Shown here: positions 7,742 to 17,499 of the stretch, one piece after another
How the letters are laid out: each line of letters opens with the position of its first letter
How positions within the stretch are numbered: the first letter of the stretch is position 1
From: Vibrio vulnificus CMCP6
GTDB lineage: Bacteria; Pseudomonadota; Gammaproteobacteria; Enterobacterales; Vibrionaceae
NCBI RefSeq assembly: GCF_000039765.1
Contig: NC_004459.3
Span: 390,001-422,000 of the forward strand
DNA: 32,000 nucleotides
Direction of reading: 5' to 3'
Translations under genes and position numbers: made by a program
Notes under the pieces: generated by a model
Databases searched by the model: none
Seen by the model: the letters and a program-made list of their open reading frames with translations, nothing else
What the model was told of the DNA's origin: nothing

Positions 7742-8869
7742 CTAATCGGTAGCGGGATACTGACGAACTAATTGACGCTCAGTTTGCCAAGCGCGAAGCA
7801 ATTCACGGATTTTCGGCGTGCGGTGGCCCAGTTTTTTCTGTTGCGCACCAATTTGGAAAAGCAGTCGGTATTGCAAAAGCAGCGTAGAAAAAATCTCCAG
7901 CAAAGGCGTTTCGCTATCCCAGATATGGGCAGCCTCACTGCTGGCACCATTCACTTCCAAAATGGTGAAGTTTTCTCCAGCCATAAACTGTTCAATGTCG
8001 GCGAACTTGATATCCAACCGTCCATAATGAAAGCCGTTGAAATCATCAAAAATGGCATCTAAACGCTGAGTCAACTCTGGGGTGATGTATTGGTTGCCAT
8101 TGCGAAATATCGAACCGCGACTGTGGCTTCCCGCAAACGCTAGCTGCACTTCTTCACCAGCGTCAGGCACCCAATCCAACTTGTTGCTGTGCCTTGGGAA
8201 ATACAAATGCGTCAACTTACCTGCTCGAGGCGAGTCTTCAATTAATGTTTTCAGTGTTCGCTGGCCATCACCCACCACCGATGGCGCGTACTTCAACGTG
8301 ATTGAAATAATCCGCCCCTGCTTTTCTTGTGGATGACGAACGTAAAACACCCCTGCCTCCGCCGAAAAAGGCGCTTTTTGCTGCAACAGAAACCGCGCTT
8401 GCTGCGGAAAAGTGTCCAAATATTGGCGAAGTTGCTGCTCGGTTTCGATAAGCTTCACGCCCGCGCCACGGCAACCAAGATCGGGTTTTGCCACTAAGGG
8501 ATAAGTCAATCCGGCATCAAGCAACGATTGCTCGATCTCGGCCAACAGACTCTCAATCTCCTGCCCATGTTTGCTGACGGTGATGAAAGGTGAAATCCAG
8601 CGCTGCGCCTCTTTGCCCGCTAAGGTCAAAATATCGTGCTTAGACTCCCCCACCATGCCACTGAGATGTATGGCGGGATTCGCAATTAATGGCAGCGTGA
8701 TGTCTCGATGCCACAAACCTTGCACGACACTCTGTGCCACCACCGGGGTATAAAAAAACCAGCTCGGTAGAAACTCATAAGGTGAAATCTCACGCTTGGG
8801 TGATTGACTTAACAACGGCATGCCCGCATTCACTCGGCCTTGTTCAATCATTTCAATGGCTCGATTCAT
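7742..8869 (-). CDS. ATP-grasp domain protein (D-Ala-D-Ala ligase/carboxylate-amine ligase-like)
   Basis: YPLVAKPDLGCRGAGVKLI, FLLQQKAPFSAEAGVFYV, RLDIKFAD...FTILEVNGASSEAAHIWD. Start MNRAIEM at 8869 overlaps the DedA stop (ATGA). Confidence 0.75.
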   Translation of the reverse strand: MNRAIEMIEQGRVNAGMPLLSQSPKREISPYEFLPSWFFYTPVVAQSVVQGLWHRDITLPLIANPAIHLSGMVGESKHDILTLAGKEAQRWISPFITVSKHGQEIESLLAEIEQSLLDAGLTYPLVAKPDLGCRGAGVKLIETEQQLRQYLDTFPQQARFLLQQKAPFSAEAGVFYVRHPQEKQGRIISITLKYAPSVVGDGQRTLKTLIEDSPRAGKLTHLYFPRHSNKLDWVPDAGEEVQLAFAGSHSRGSIFRNGNQYITPELTQRLDAIFDDFNGFHYGRLDIKFADIEQFMAGENFTILEVNGASSEAAHIWDSETPLLEIFSTLLLQYRLLFQIGAQQKKLGHRTPKIRELLRAWQTERQLVRQYPATD

Positions 8870-9495
8870 ATTGATATTTTTCCTTTTGACCAAGACTGGC
8901 TCACGACACGATTCATAACGGTCAGCAGTAAAAATGCGCCTAACACCCACCACCAAAGCCACGAGCTTTGTGCTAAGAAAGCTTGGCTACCTAACCAGTA
9001 CACCGACCCAAACACACCCCCGACCCAGAGCGCGCTGGCGAGTATGACCGCCAACAAAAAAACACGCATCGGCACGAGGCAATAACCACTTAGGGTGTAA
9101 CCTAAGGTGCGCAATCCAGGAATAAAACGAATCACAAACAAACTCACGAAAGCCTTACTTTGAATACGCCCTCTCACCTGGCGAAACGCTTTATGCTTGA
9201 GCGTGTGATAACGCAAAAAACGGACACTTTGACCATATTTGCCCAACCAATAGAGCGCTAAATCACCAGTAGTAATACCAACAAAAATGGCAACGATGGC
9301 AACCAAAGAAGGGAGGTAACCTTCCACGGCTAACCCTGCGGCTAGCACGATGGCAAGATCTTCCAAGAGATAGGAAACCAGCACGATGCCAATAAACAGC
9401 CACAGCGGCGAGCTCAGATGTAAGCTCAATATTTCTTGGATATAGGCGGCCAACATTTCCCCTCCATGAAGCCAAATGTCATATTTGAAATGCAT
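8866..9495 (-). CDS. DedA/SNARE-associated family membrane protein
   Basis: Multi-TM protein with LLEDLAIVLAAGL, GDLALYWLGKYG, FVIRFIPGLRTLGYTLSG. Confidence 0.8.
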   Translation of the reverse strand: MHFKYDIWLHGGEMLAAYIQEILSLHLSSPLWLFIGIVLVSYLLEDLAIVLAAGLAVEGYLPSLVAIVAIFVGITTGDLALYWLGKYGQSVRFLRYHTLKHKAFRQVRGRIQSKAFVSLFVIRFIPGLRTLGYTLSGYCLVPMRVFLLAVILASALWVGGVFGSVYWLGSQAFLAQSSWLWWWVLGAFLLLTVMNRVVSQSWSKGKISI

Positions 9496-9755
9496 AAGCT
9501 GCTTGAATAGACCGGAAGGGGATGAAAAAAATTACGCATTGAAGAAAAATAGGCGAATGATCTGGCAGAGCTAGGTCCGCAGTTTTGCTCTGCTGACCAT
9601 TTATCAATAGCTTAAAGAAGGAATCAACGAGGTGATTTTGCGCGAACAGAGCACAATACTGCTAGTGCTCGCATCTTCACACTAGTTGAGTATAATGTCG
9701 CCTTCGTTTTGAACCGCACGGCGCGGGCTCGGATAACGCAGTACATCGGTCTCTC

Positions 9756-10742
9756 ATGGCCAATTCTGAGGAAGTAACATTGAACACGCTTTATCTTTCT
9801 GCCCTAGAGCAAAAAGACATCGATCAAGCCAAAGAGATTCTCGCCAGCGGTGAGCTCGTGGCGATCCCAACTGAAACGGTTTACGGCTTAGCCGCAGATG
9901 CCACCAATCCAGACGCTGTAAAAAAGATCTTTGCCGCGAAAGGAAGACCAGCCGATCACCCTTTGATTGTGCATATTGGCCGTGTGGAGCAATTGACCGA
10001 TTGGGCGATCGACATTCCTGAAGAAGCGTATACTTTGGCGCAAGCCTACTGGCCAGGCCCAGTTACCTTGCTGTTAAAAAAAGCGCCCCATGTTACTCCC
10101 GTGGTTACTGGTGGCTTAGAGACCATCGGCATTCGAATGCCTGCGCATGACGTATTTGCAACCCTATTGCAATCTTCCGGTATGGCGGTTGCTGCGCCTT
10201 CAGCGAACCCCTACAAAAAACTGAGCCCCACTTCAGCCAAGCACGTTATGAATTCACTCGGTGGCAAAATTGCGGCCGTATTAGATGGAGGGGACTGCGC
10301 TCATGGGCTTGAGTCGACGATTGTCGATCTGACCGAAAAACCTTTCCGTATTTTACGTACCGGCCCAGTGACCGCAGCGCAACTCTCTGCCACGTTGAGC
10401 GAGGAAGTGAGCTCTCCGGTTAGCCATAATGTTGCAGTACCCGGTAATGTCACTAGCCACTACCAACCCAATACCCGTGTTCGTTTGGTTCAAGCTAGCG
10501 ATCTGGCACTGGTTGGGGATAAGAAGATCGCCTACCTTCACTACACGCCGTTCACTGCGCAAGAGAATGTCGAAGTCAGACAGATGCCCTCTTCAGTAGC
10601 CGAATACTCACATGACTTATATCGCACACTCGATGAAGCGGACAAATGGGGCTGTGAGGAAATTTGGGTAGAAAGACCACCGGTGACCGAAAGCTGGTTT
10701 GCCGTTCATGACCGACTCAATCGAGCACAATCAAAACTTTGA
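9756..10742 (+). CDS. L-threonylcarbamoyladenylate synthase, Sua5/YwlC/YrdC family
   Basis: GELVAIPTETVYGLAADATN, KIFAAKGRPADHPLIVHI, YWPGPVTLLLKK, SANPYKKLSPTSAKHV, with a C-terminal Sua5 extension. Confidence 0.9.
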   Translation: MANSEEVTLNTLYLSALEQKDIDQAKEILASGELVAIPTETVYGLAADATNPDAVKKIFAAKGRPADHPLIVHIGRVEQLTDWAIDIPEEAYTLAQAYWPGPVTLLLKKAPHVTPVVTGGLETIGIRMPAHDVFATLLQSSGMAVAAPSANPYKKLSPTSAKHVMNSLGGKIAAVLDGGDCAHGLESTIVDLTEKPFRILRTGPVTAAQLSATLSEEVSSPVSHNVAVPGNVTSHYQPNTRVRLVQASDLALVGDKKIAYLHYTPFTAQENVEVRQMPSSVAEYSHDLYRTLDEADKWGCEEIWVERPPVTESWFAVHDRLNRAQSKL

Positions 10743-10760
10743 TTTAAAAGAGAATAACCA

Positions 10761-10789
10761 GAAAACCCAGCCGCTATCGCTGGGTTTTC
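10761..10789 (+). terminator. Rho-independent terminator after the Sua5 gene
   Basis: GAAAACCCAGC-CGCTATC-GCTGGGTTTTC followed by TTTA. Confidence 0.8.
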
Positions 10790-10842
10790 TTTATGTATTT
10801 TTCCCACTTTTTCCGTCGCTGGTTCTGCTTTTTGAGCATTAG

Positions 10843-10880
10843 GATCATCATGTTCCAAATGCTTTAGGTACATGATGATC
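10843..10880. repeat. Inverted repeat GATCATCATG...CATGATGATC
   Basis: 10-bp perfect arms (10843-10852 and 10871-10880), extending imperfectly to about 17 bp per side with an 18-nt centre. Confidence 0.7.
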
Positions 10881-11034
10881 TAAATGCTTCTTAAGCTGTA
10901 CACATCCCCATTGCTGAGTCACCGCTCGACAACTGAACGGTTTTGTAAAATCCACGCAAGAACCCATCAGCACACTTGATTCGCGCCATAGACAGGCGTA
11001 TTAACATCTCTTTATCGCATACCCCTTCTGGACA

Positions 11035-11646
11035 GTGACCGTGCAACATCTCAACCAACTGCTGATTTCTATGCAACCTTTGTTGGAACAATATGGCTAC
11101 CTAGCTTTGGTCGTCAGCATCGTGCTTGAGGGCGTAGGCGTACCGATGCCAGGGCAATCGCTAATGATCGCGGCATCCATCCTCTCTTCTGATGGTGTGA
11201 TGAATTTTTATTGGGTGATGATCGTCTCTTGGTTGAGCTGTTTTATCGGCAACAGCTGTGGTTACTTGTTGGGTTACCACTTTGAGTCTTGGTTGGATAA
11301 AAAAGGCTACATTTCAGGTGCTAAGTTTCACAAGCTGCAACAGGCAATTCAAAAATATGGCCCAGCTTGCCTAGTCATCAGCCGCTTTGTCGAAGGGATG
11401 AAACAATTTATGCCACTGGCGTGTGGGATTGCCAAAATGCCCCTCAAAGAATTTCTCTTAGGCAACCTTCTCGCCACCAGCATTTGGGTTGCGGTATTTG
11501 GCTTACTGACTCACTTTGCCTTCGAACATTTGCATCAGATCACCCATTTTTACTCTGCCCACCACTTTGTTATTTGGGGGATCAGCGCCCTGCTCTTCTG
11601 TTCGATGATTTATGCTGTCATCAAACACCGACGCCGTTCAAAATAA
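11035..11646 (+). CDS. DedA family membrane protein
   Basis: YGYLALVVSIVLEGVGVPMPGQSLMIAA, GNSCGYLLGYHFE, VISRFVEGMKQFMPLACG. Confidence 0.85.
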   Translation: MTVQHLNQLLISMQPLLEQYGYLALVVSIVLEGVGVPMPGQSLMIAASILSSDGVMNFYWVMIVSWLSCFIGNSCGYLLGYHFESWLDKKGYISGAKFHKLQQAIQKYGPACLVISRFVEGMKQFMPLACGIAKMPLKEFLLGNLLATSIWVAVFGLLTHFAFEHLHQITHFYSAHHFVIWGISALLFCSMIYAVIKHRRRSK

Positions 11647-11870
11647 CCACGAATAGAAGACATGGTGATGCCTACACCACAGTAAAGGTGACGCTTCTCC
11701 TGTTGTTATTTCTAAAAGCAATTACTCACCAACCAATTTAGCACCATCGTGAATACTATAAAAAATTCATGTGGTTACCATTCAATATTTCAATTGCACA
11801 AATAGACTCCCTCATTAGTATCGAACAATCGGTATTTCATACTGATTGTAATTTTGTACTAGGGAATTTT

Positions 11871-13784
11871 ATGAAAAGGCACTTTGAACTCATCGATAAA
11901 CCCACTTTTTTTGGCGCTCTAGCGCTTCTTTTTTCGGTGATTATTCCACTTCTTGTTTGGCCATCTCAGGGAGAATACTGGATAGGCGTAGCAAAAACAT
12001 TCATGACCGATAAGCTGGGTTTTCTTTACCTAGGCCTTGGTTTGGCTGCATTTTTCTTCATGGTTTACATCATTTTCAGCGATATCGGTCAAATTAAACT
12101 GGGCGATGCCGATGAAAAGCCAGAGTTTGCCACAGGCTCCTGGGCGGCGATGCTTTTCTGCGGAGGGATCGGAGCCAGCATTCTTTATTGGGGCACTATC
12201 GAGTGGGCTTACTACTACCAAAATCCGCCATTCCAACTAGAAGCAGGCAGTGAAGAAGCCATTCGCTGGGCCGCCACTTACGGAATTTTCCACTGGGGGC
12301 CGATTGCATGGTCTATCTATCTGATTCCGGCTTTACCCATTGCTTACTTCTTCTATGTTCGTAAGCAGCCAGTTCTGAAAATTTCTGCGGCACTGATGCC
12401 TGTGATTGGAGAAGCAAGAAGTTACGGTAAATTGGGCAAAGTGATCGATGTTTTGTTTATTTTTGGCCTTCTTGGTGGCGCAGCCACCACGCTTGGTTTA
12501 GCTGCCCCTCTCATCAATGAAGGGATCAGCTATTTATTTGGCATCCCTTCAACAACACTCTCACAAATTGGTGTACTGCTCCTGTGTACTGCGCTGTTCG
12601 CCTATTCCTCTTATAAAGGCATGGATGGTGGTATTAAAGTACTCAGCAACATCAATTTCTGGGGTGCGCTCGCCTTGCTCGCTTTCATCTTAGTGACAGG
12701 CCCAACACTCTTCATGCTGGAAACCGGCTTAGATTCTATCGGCCGAATGCTGTCCAATTTCTTCGTTATGGCAACATGGGCGGAACCATTTGGCGGTTAT
12801 GGGCCATTCGAGGATACCCACTTCCCTCAAGACTGGACGATTTTTTACTGGGCATGGTGGCTAGTGTTTGCCCCAAGTATGGGACTGTTTGTTGCGCGAA
12901 TCTCGAGAGGGAGAACCATAAAGCAGATGGTGTCAGGGTCGATCTTTTTCGGCTCAATGGGCTGTGCGCTCTATTTTATGGTACTGGGTAATTTTGGTTT
13001 ATCATTGCAACTTTCGGGTCAATTAGATGTAGTCGCCATTCTTAACCAGCACGGTGCGACAAGAGCCATTTTTGCCATTCTGGAACAACTTCCGCTCAGT
13101 ACGGTCGTGATCGCGGTATTCACTATTTTGTGCATTATTTTCACTGCGACAACCTTCGATTCGATTTCATTTATTCTCGCGTCCGTTGTACAAAACAATG
13201 TCACGGAAGATCCACTACGCTGGAACCGACTGTTTTGGGCTTTCACCTTATCACTCATGCCTTCCATTCTCTTATTCATGGGTGGCTTAGCGACATTGCA
13301 AACCGCAGCCATTGTGGGCGGTTTACCATTGCTAGGTATCGCCATTATGTTGATGATTTCCGGAATCAAAGCCGCAAGCTTAGACTTAGCACACCAAGAA
13401 GGTTATGAAGATCCCGTTATCAACATAGAAGAGTTTCCTGATGTTGATCCTTGGTCACGCGAAGGTATGGCACTGGCGAAATTCGAACGATTGAAAGATG
13501 AAGCGGTTGAGGCAGCAGAGCAAGAACGCGAGGCTCTCGCTGCCATCTGGAAACTGAAAAAAGTGATACGTTCTGAAGCGCTCTCTCGCGGAGAAAGCGG
13601 CTTAGAACTTGGAGAAGCTCCTGAGGAACAACTTACAGAAATTCAACGCCTAACGAACGCGGCAATGGAGGCTAAAGAACACAAACTGCAAGCCTCTGAA
13701 GCGGCTCAAGCAGCGCGCATTGAATTTAACGAGCTGATCAAAGAAAAAGAGTTGCAATCTCTTCAGTCAGAATCACTCAGTTAA
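11871..13784 (+). CDS. BCCT family betaine/carnitine/choline transporter
   Basis: GGIGASILYWGTIEWAYYYQNPPF, YGIFHWGPIAWSIY, WTIFYWAWWLVFAPSMGLFVARISRGRT. ATG 11871 is preceded by AGGGAA. The track ORF adds an implausible 34-aa N-terminus. Confidence 0.9.
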   Translation: MKRHFELIDKPTFFGALALLFSVIIPLLVWPSQGEYWIGVAKTFMTDKLGFLYLGLGLAAFFFMVYIIFSDIGQIKLGDADEKPEFATGSWAAMLFCGGIGASILYWGTIEWAYYYQNPPFQLEAGSEEAIRWAATYGIFHWGPIAWSIYLIPALPIAYFFYVRKQPVLKISAALMPVIGEARSYGKLGKVIDVLFIFGLLGGAATTLGLAAPLINEGISYLFGIPSTTLSQIGVLLLCTALFAYSSYKGMDGGIKVLSNINFWGALALLAFILVTGPTLFMLETGLDSIGRMLSNFFVMATWAEPFGGYGPFEDTHFPQDWTIFYWAWWLVFAPSMGLFVARISRGRTIKQMVSGSIFFGSMGCALYFMVLGNFGLSLQLSGQLDVVAILNQHGATRAIFAILEQLPLSTVVIAVFTILCIIFTATTFDSISFILASVVQNNVTEDPLRWNRLFWAFTLSLMPSILLFMGGLATLQTAAIVGGLPLLGIAIMLMISGIKAASLDLAHQEGYEDPVINIEEFPDVDPWSREGMALAKFERLKDEAVEAAEQEREALAAIWKLKKVIRSEALSRGESGLELGEAPEEQLTEIQRLTNAAMEAKEHKLQASEAAQAARIEFNELIKEKELQSLQSESLS

Positions 13785-13801
13785 TCACTCATCACAACAA
13801 A

Positions 13802-13829
13802 AAAGCTCACTCATGTACGAGTGAGCTTT
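13802..13829. terminator. Bidirectional terminator between convergent genes
   Basis: AAAGCTCACTC-ATGTAC-GAGTGAGCTTT between the stops of the BCCT and K+ channel genes. Confidence 0.8.
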
Positions 13830-13832
13830 CTT

Positions 13833-14810
13833 TCATCGCGTCATTTTCTTTACAAACACCACCACAAACAGGGCCATGGTAAAACTACCAAGAAACGCCT
13901 CCAACGCGGCAATAAAGCGCGCTAAACCCACTGGTGATATATCGCCATAGCCGAGCGTGGTAAAGGTAACGACACTAAAATAGACCGCGTTGAGAAATTC
14001 CAATACGTAAAACTGCCAACCCGTCACATCGGCATAAATCGGGTTAGCCGAGGTGGTGTCTAAGAAAAAGTAAGCCGCTGCACTGGCAAAAATCAGGAAC
14101 AGTGAAAACAACACGACTCTAAGCGGGTCTTCTCCGTAGCCACAAAACAGATCAACCAATTTCGATAAAATCCGCTGCAGGCTGAGTCTCGGCATTTGAT
14201 AACGACGAAAACGCATTTCCTTTTTAAAAAATAGCCCTGCACTTTCAAACAACCCTTGTTTTTCACACTGCTTGCGTACCCCTCGGCAGACTTCCTCCGC
14301 TTCTTGCCATAAGGATTTGGCTTTTTTATGATCGCCTTTTTTCATCGCAACTCGCGCTTCTTGCTCTTGTTTGAGCTCCTCCCCCCACTCGATATTTTCG
14401 AGACGGGCACGCGCCAAGTCCGCTCCGAGTAAATTGCAACCCTCTAGTTTTGCGCAGTGCAAATTGGCACACACCAATTTGCTCTTCATCAGTGAAGAAC
14501 CGCGTAAATCTAAGCCAAAAAAATGAGCATCACTTAAGTCTGCGCGATAGAAATCGGCACCTCGACACTGAAACCCAACCTTGCTACCACGGTTAACCAA
14601 ATTGAGATCAACCAAGTTTGTTTTTGCCAACTGAAATCCGTCTAAAGGTTTACCTTCTGCTGCCCATTGCTCAACCTGCGACTTGACGTCGTCATTGCTT
14701 TTATCGACTTTGGGATCGTGCCAGTAACAGAGACCAGACTCCCCACACGGTTGATCGCAGCACCAGCCATCAGGATTTTGATAGCTGCATCGGCCTTTTT
14801 CTGACTTCAT
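13833..14810 (-). CDS. Pentapeptide-repeat protein fused to a two-TM potassium channel
   Basis: Pentapeptide-like ADFYRADLSDAHFFGLDLRGSSLMKSKLVCANLHCAKLEGCNLLGADLARARLENI. C-terminal selectivity filter VTFTTLGYGDISP flanked by TM helices. Confidence 0.9.
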   Translation of the reverse strand: MKSEKGRCSYQNPDGWCCDQPCGESGLCYWHDPKVDKSNDDVKSQVEQWAAEGKPLDGFQLAKTNLVDLNLVNRGSKVGFQCRGADFYRADLSDAHFFGLDLRGSSLMKSKLVCANLHCAKLEGCNLLGADLARARLENIEWGEELKQEQEARVAMKKGDHKKAKSLWQEAEEVCRGVRKQCEKQGLFESAGLFFKKEMRFRRYQMPRLSLQRILSKLVDLFCGYGEDPLRVVLFSLFLIFASAAAYFFLDTTSANPIYADVTGWQFYVLEFLNAVYFSVVTFTTLGYGDISPVGLARFIAALEAFLGSFTMALFVVVFVKKMTR

Positions 14811-14899
14811 TTGCTGCCCCTCTTGTCATACCGATTTGGATTTATTTGTTATGACCACGGTATAAAAGTAAGTGTAGGAGCTAGTTATTGAGTTGCCAC

Positions 14900-15802
14900 T
14901 CAATTTGAAATTTGTTGCTTAAGCCAAGTGGTAAACGCTGCGGTGCTGTCATTTTTGCTGTTGTGGATCAAATAGTACCCCGCCTCTGCTCGGATGGGCT
15001 GAAAAGGAGAGACTAAGCGGCCGGTTTGCAACTCATCATCAATCAGCGCCATGCGTGCCATGGCAATCCCTACACCCGCTTCGGCAGCCGACATCGCCAT
15101 ATCGGTCCGGTTAAAGAAGTGTCCTCTTTCGGTTGGTAAATCGAGCCGTCTCTGCGCGACCCAACTAAGCCATTCATAATCCCTTGGCGCGTTTTCCCAC
15201 GGCATAGCGTCGTGCAAAAGCACCACTTGACTCCACTCATCTAGCGCATACACGGCATTGTGCAACCACGCGTGTGTTTGCAAGTATCTGGGGTTCATCA
15301 CAGGCAGCAAATATTCATCCAATAGCAACTCGGTATTGGCTTGACGAAACGGGTGTGGGCGGTAATCAATCGCGAGGTCAAAATCTCGCGTATCACTGTT
15401 CACCAAAGCCCCTTCGGCAAAAATTTGGATTTGAATATCGGGGTACTGCTGGTGAAAGCTTTCCAATTTTGGCACCAGCCATTTGAAGGCAAAAGAAGGA
15501 GTCAATTTAAGACGCACTTCCTGTGGGCGATTCTGCTCTTGCTTTAAACGTTGGATTTCCGATGCCATTTCCCCAAAGTGCAACGCGGCACATTGATGAA
15601 GTTGCCGACCTTTCTCCGTAAAACGAATACCGCGAGAGTGCCGTTCAAACAAACTAAAACCAAGTTGCTGTTCTAGCTGTAATAACTGCTGACTCACCGC
15701 ACCGGTAGTTAAGCAAAGTTGCCTTGCAGCCTCGGTTAAACTGGGGTACTTACCCACTTCCACAAAAGTATGCAGTGCCGATACATAAGTGCTTTTGATC
15801 AT
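14900..15802 (-). CDS. LysR family transcriptional regulator
   Basis: HTH FVEVGKYPSLTEAARQLCLTTGAVSQQLLQLEQQLGFSLFERHSRGIRFTEKG. Start MIKSTYVS is likelier than the longer track ORF (15886). Confidence 0.9.
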   Translation of the reverse strand: MIKSTYVSALHTFVEVGKYPSLTEAARQLCLTTGAVSQQLLQLEQQLGFSLFERHSRGIRFTEKGRQLHQCAALHFGEMASEIQRLKQEQNRPQEVRLKLTPSFAFKWLVPKLESFHQQYPDIQIQIFAEGALVNSDTRDFDLAIDYRPHPFRQANTELLLDEYLLPVMNPRYLQTHAWLHNAVYALDEWSQVVLLHDAMPWENAPRDYEWLSWVAQRRLDLPTERGHFFNRTDMAMSAAEAGVGIAMARMALIDDELQTGRLVSPFQPIRAEAGYYLIHNSKNDSTAAFTTWLKQQISN

Positions 15803-15911
15803 TTTTGCCCACTTGCGTTTAGTTTTTCTATAAGCAGCAATTAATTTATATCGATTGTTACCAAGTTGTAAACCTAAGAAACTCACGCTGTTTCTAATCA
15901 GGAGAAAATCG

Positions 15912-17165
15912 ATGAAAGCAGTGGTATTGGGCAGTGGTGTGGTTGGCTTGATGAGCGCGTGGTATCTACAAAAAGCGGGCTATCAGGTGACCGTTGTCGA
16001 CCGCCAAGCGCGCAGCGCGGAAGAAACCAGTTTTGCCAATGCAGGACAGATCTCTTACGGCTACTCTTCGCCTTGGGCTGCACCGGGCATTCCCCAAAAA
16101 GCGCTTCGCTGGCTGATGGAAGAGCACGCACCACTGAAAATCAAACCCTCTCTTGATCCTCAACTGCTGAAATGGGCGACACAAATGTTGGCCAACTGCC
16201 AACTCAGTCGTTATCAAGTGAACAAAGCGAGGATGCTGGCAATTGCCAATCACAGCCGTGAATGCCTTAGCCAACTTCGCCAAGAGCACGATATTGAATA
16301 CCAAGGCCGCCAACAAGGCACGTTGCAGGTTTTTCGTACTCAAAAGCAATTGATCGCCATTGAAAAAGACATCGCACTGCTTGAGCAAAGCGGTACGCGC
16401 TATCAACGTATGAGTGTCGATGAGTGCATTAAGCAAGAGCCGGGGTTGGCAGCCGTGAGCCATAAACTGACGGGCGGTCTCTATCTACCTGACGATGAAA
16501 CGGGCGATTGCTATTTGTTTTGCCAACAGATGACAGAACTGGCACAACAGCAAGGCGTAACTTTTTTGTTCAATACGAACGTGAAGAAAGTCAATACTCA
16601 GGGTAACCAAGTAGTGAGCGTGTCTACTGATGCTGGCGAGTTGCAAGCGGATGTATACGTGGTGGCCATGGGCAGTTATTCCACCGCGCTACTGGCGAAA
16701 CTGGGGATCACGATACCTGTTTATCCGGTCAAAGGTTATTCACTGACCGTTCCGATCACCGATGAAAGCCAAGCTCCGGTTTCTACGGTCATGGATGAAA
16801 CCTATAAAGTGGCGCTGACTCGATTTGATGACCGTATCCGCGTGGCAGGCACGGCAGAGCTGGCCGGATTCGATCCTGCAATTCCTGAGAAACGCAAAGC
16901 AACCATTTCTATGGTGGTAAACGATCTTTTCCCTCATAGCGGTGATTTTGCCAAGGCGGAATTCTGGACAGGTTTTCGCCCTATGACACCAGACGGCACA
17001 CCACTCATCGGCAAAACCCCGCTCAAGAATCTTTATACCAATACCGGACATGGCACCTTAGGTTGGACCATGGCGTGTGGCTCAGGTCACTTGCTGAGCC
17101 AAATCATCACTGGCGAGCAATCGGAGAATCCGGCAGGGTTGGATCTCTTCCGCTACGCCAGCTAA
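15912..17165 (+). CDS. dadA: D-amino-acid dehydrogenase (FAD-dependent)
   Basis: MKAVVLGSGVVGLMSAWYLQKAGYQVTVVDRQ, ETSFANAGQISYGYSSPWAAPG, GTLGWTMACGSG. ATG at 15912 is preceded by AGGAGA. Confidence 0.85.
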   Translation: MKAVVLGSGVVGLMSAWYLQKAGYQVTVVDRQARSAEETSFANAGQISYGYSSPWAAPGIPQKALRWLMEEHAPLKIKPSLDPQLLKWATQMLANCQLSRYQVNKARMLAIANHSRECLSQLRQEHDIEYQGRQQGTLQVFRTQKQLIAIEKDIALLEQSGTRYQRMSVDECIKQEPGLAAVSHKLTGGLYLPDDETGDCYLFCQQMTELAQQQGVTFLFNTNVKKVNTQGNQVVSVSTDAGELQADVYVVAMGSYSTALLAKLGITIPVYPVKGYSLTVPITDESQAPVSTVMDETYKVALTRFDDRIRVAGTAELAGFDPAIPEKRKATISMVVNDLFPHSGDFAKAEFWTGFRPMTPDGTPLIGKTPLKNLYTNTGHGTLGWTMACGSGHLLSQIITGEQSENPAGLDLFRYAS

Positions 17166-17499
17166 CCCAACACGCGATAACCCAACACGCAATAAAGCGG
17201 CCAGATAAGCCATTAGAGGATTTATCTAAAATTCCCCAACATCGCAGAACTCATTTCATACAAAAGATGAATGGTTCTGCGATGCATTATTCTGCAATAA
17301 AAGTAAATAGCCACCAATATCCCGTATCTTGTTCTATACAGCACTTTTACTCTTTTCCATTTAACAATTTATTAGCATTTTGTGTTCACAGTCACGAAGG
17401 TGATATGTTTTAGATATTTTAATTAACAATTGCATTACAAAAAGATTAACATACCGAACAGAAAACAAACAACACAAACATCTAACAGGGAAAATACTC

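Noticed and set aside
5913-9755. Pho box upstream of the OlsF-like gene or its cluster (olsF is linked to phosphate limitation in Vibrio)
   Set aside because: No convincing CTGTCAT-type direct repeats were seen by eye near 5913-5960 or 9496-9755.
17166-17499. Glycine riboswitch upstream of the AGCS symporter
   Set aside because: Such riboswitches precede some Vibrio AGCS genes, but I could not find the tandem aptamer core here. A covariance-model search would settle it.
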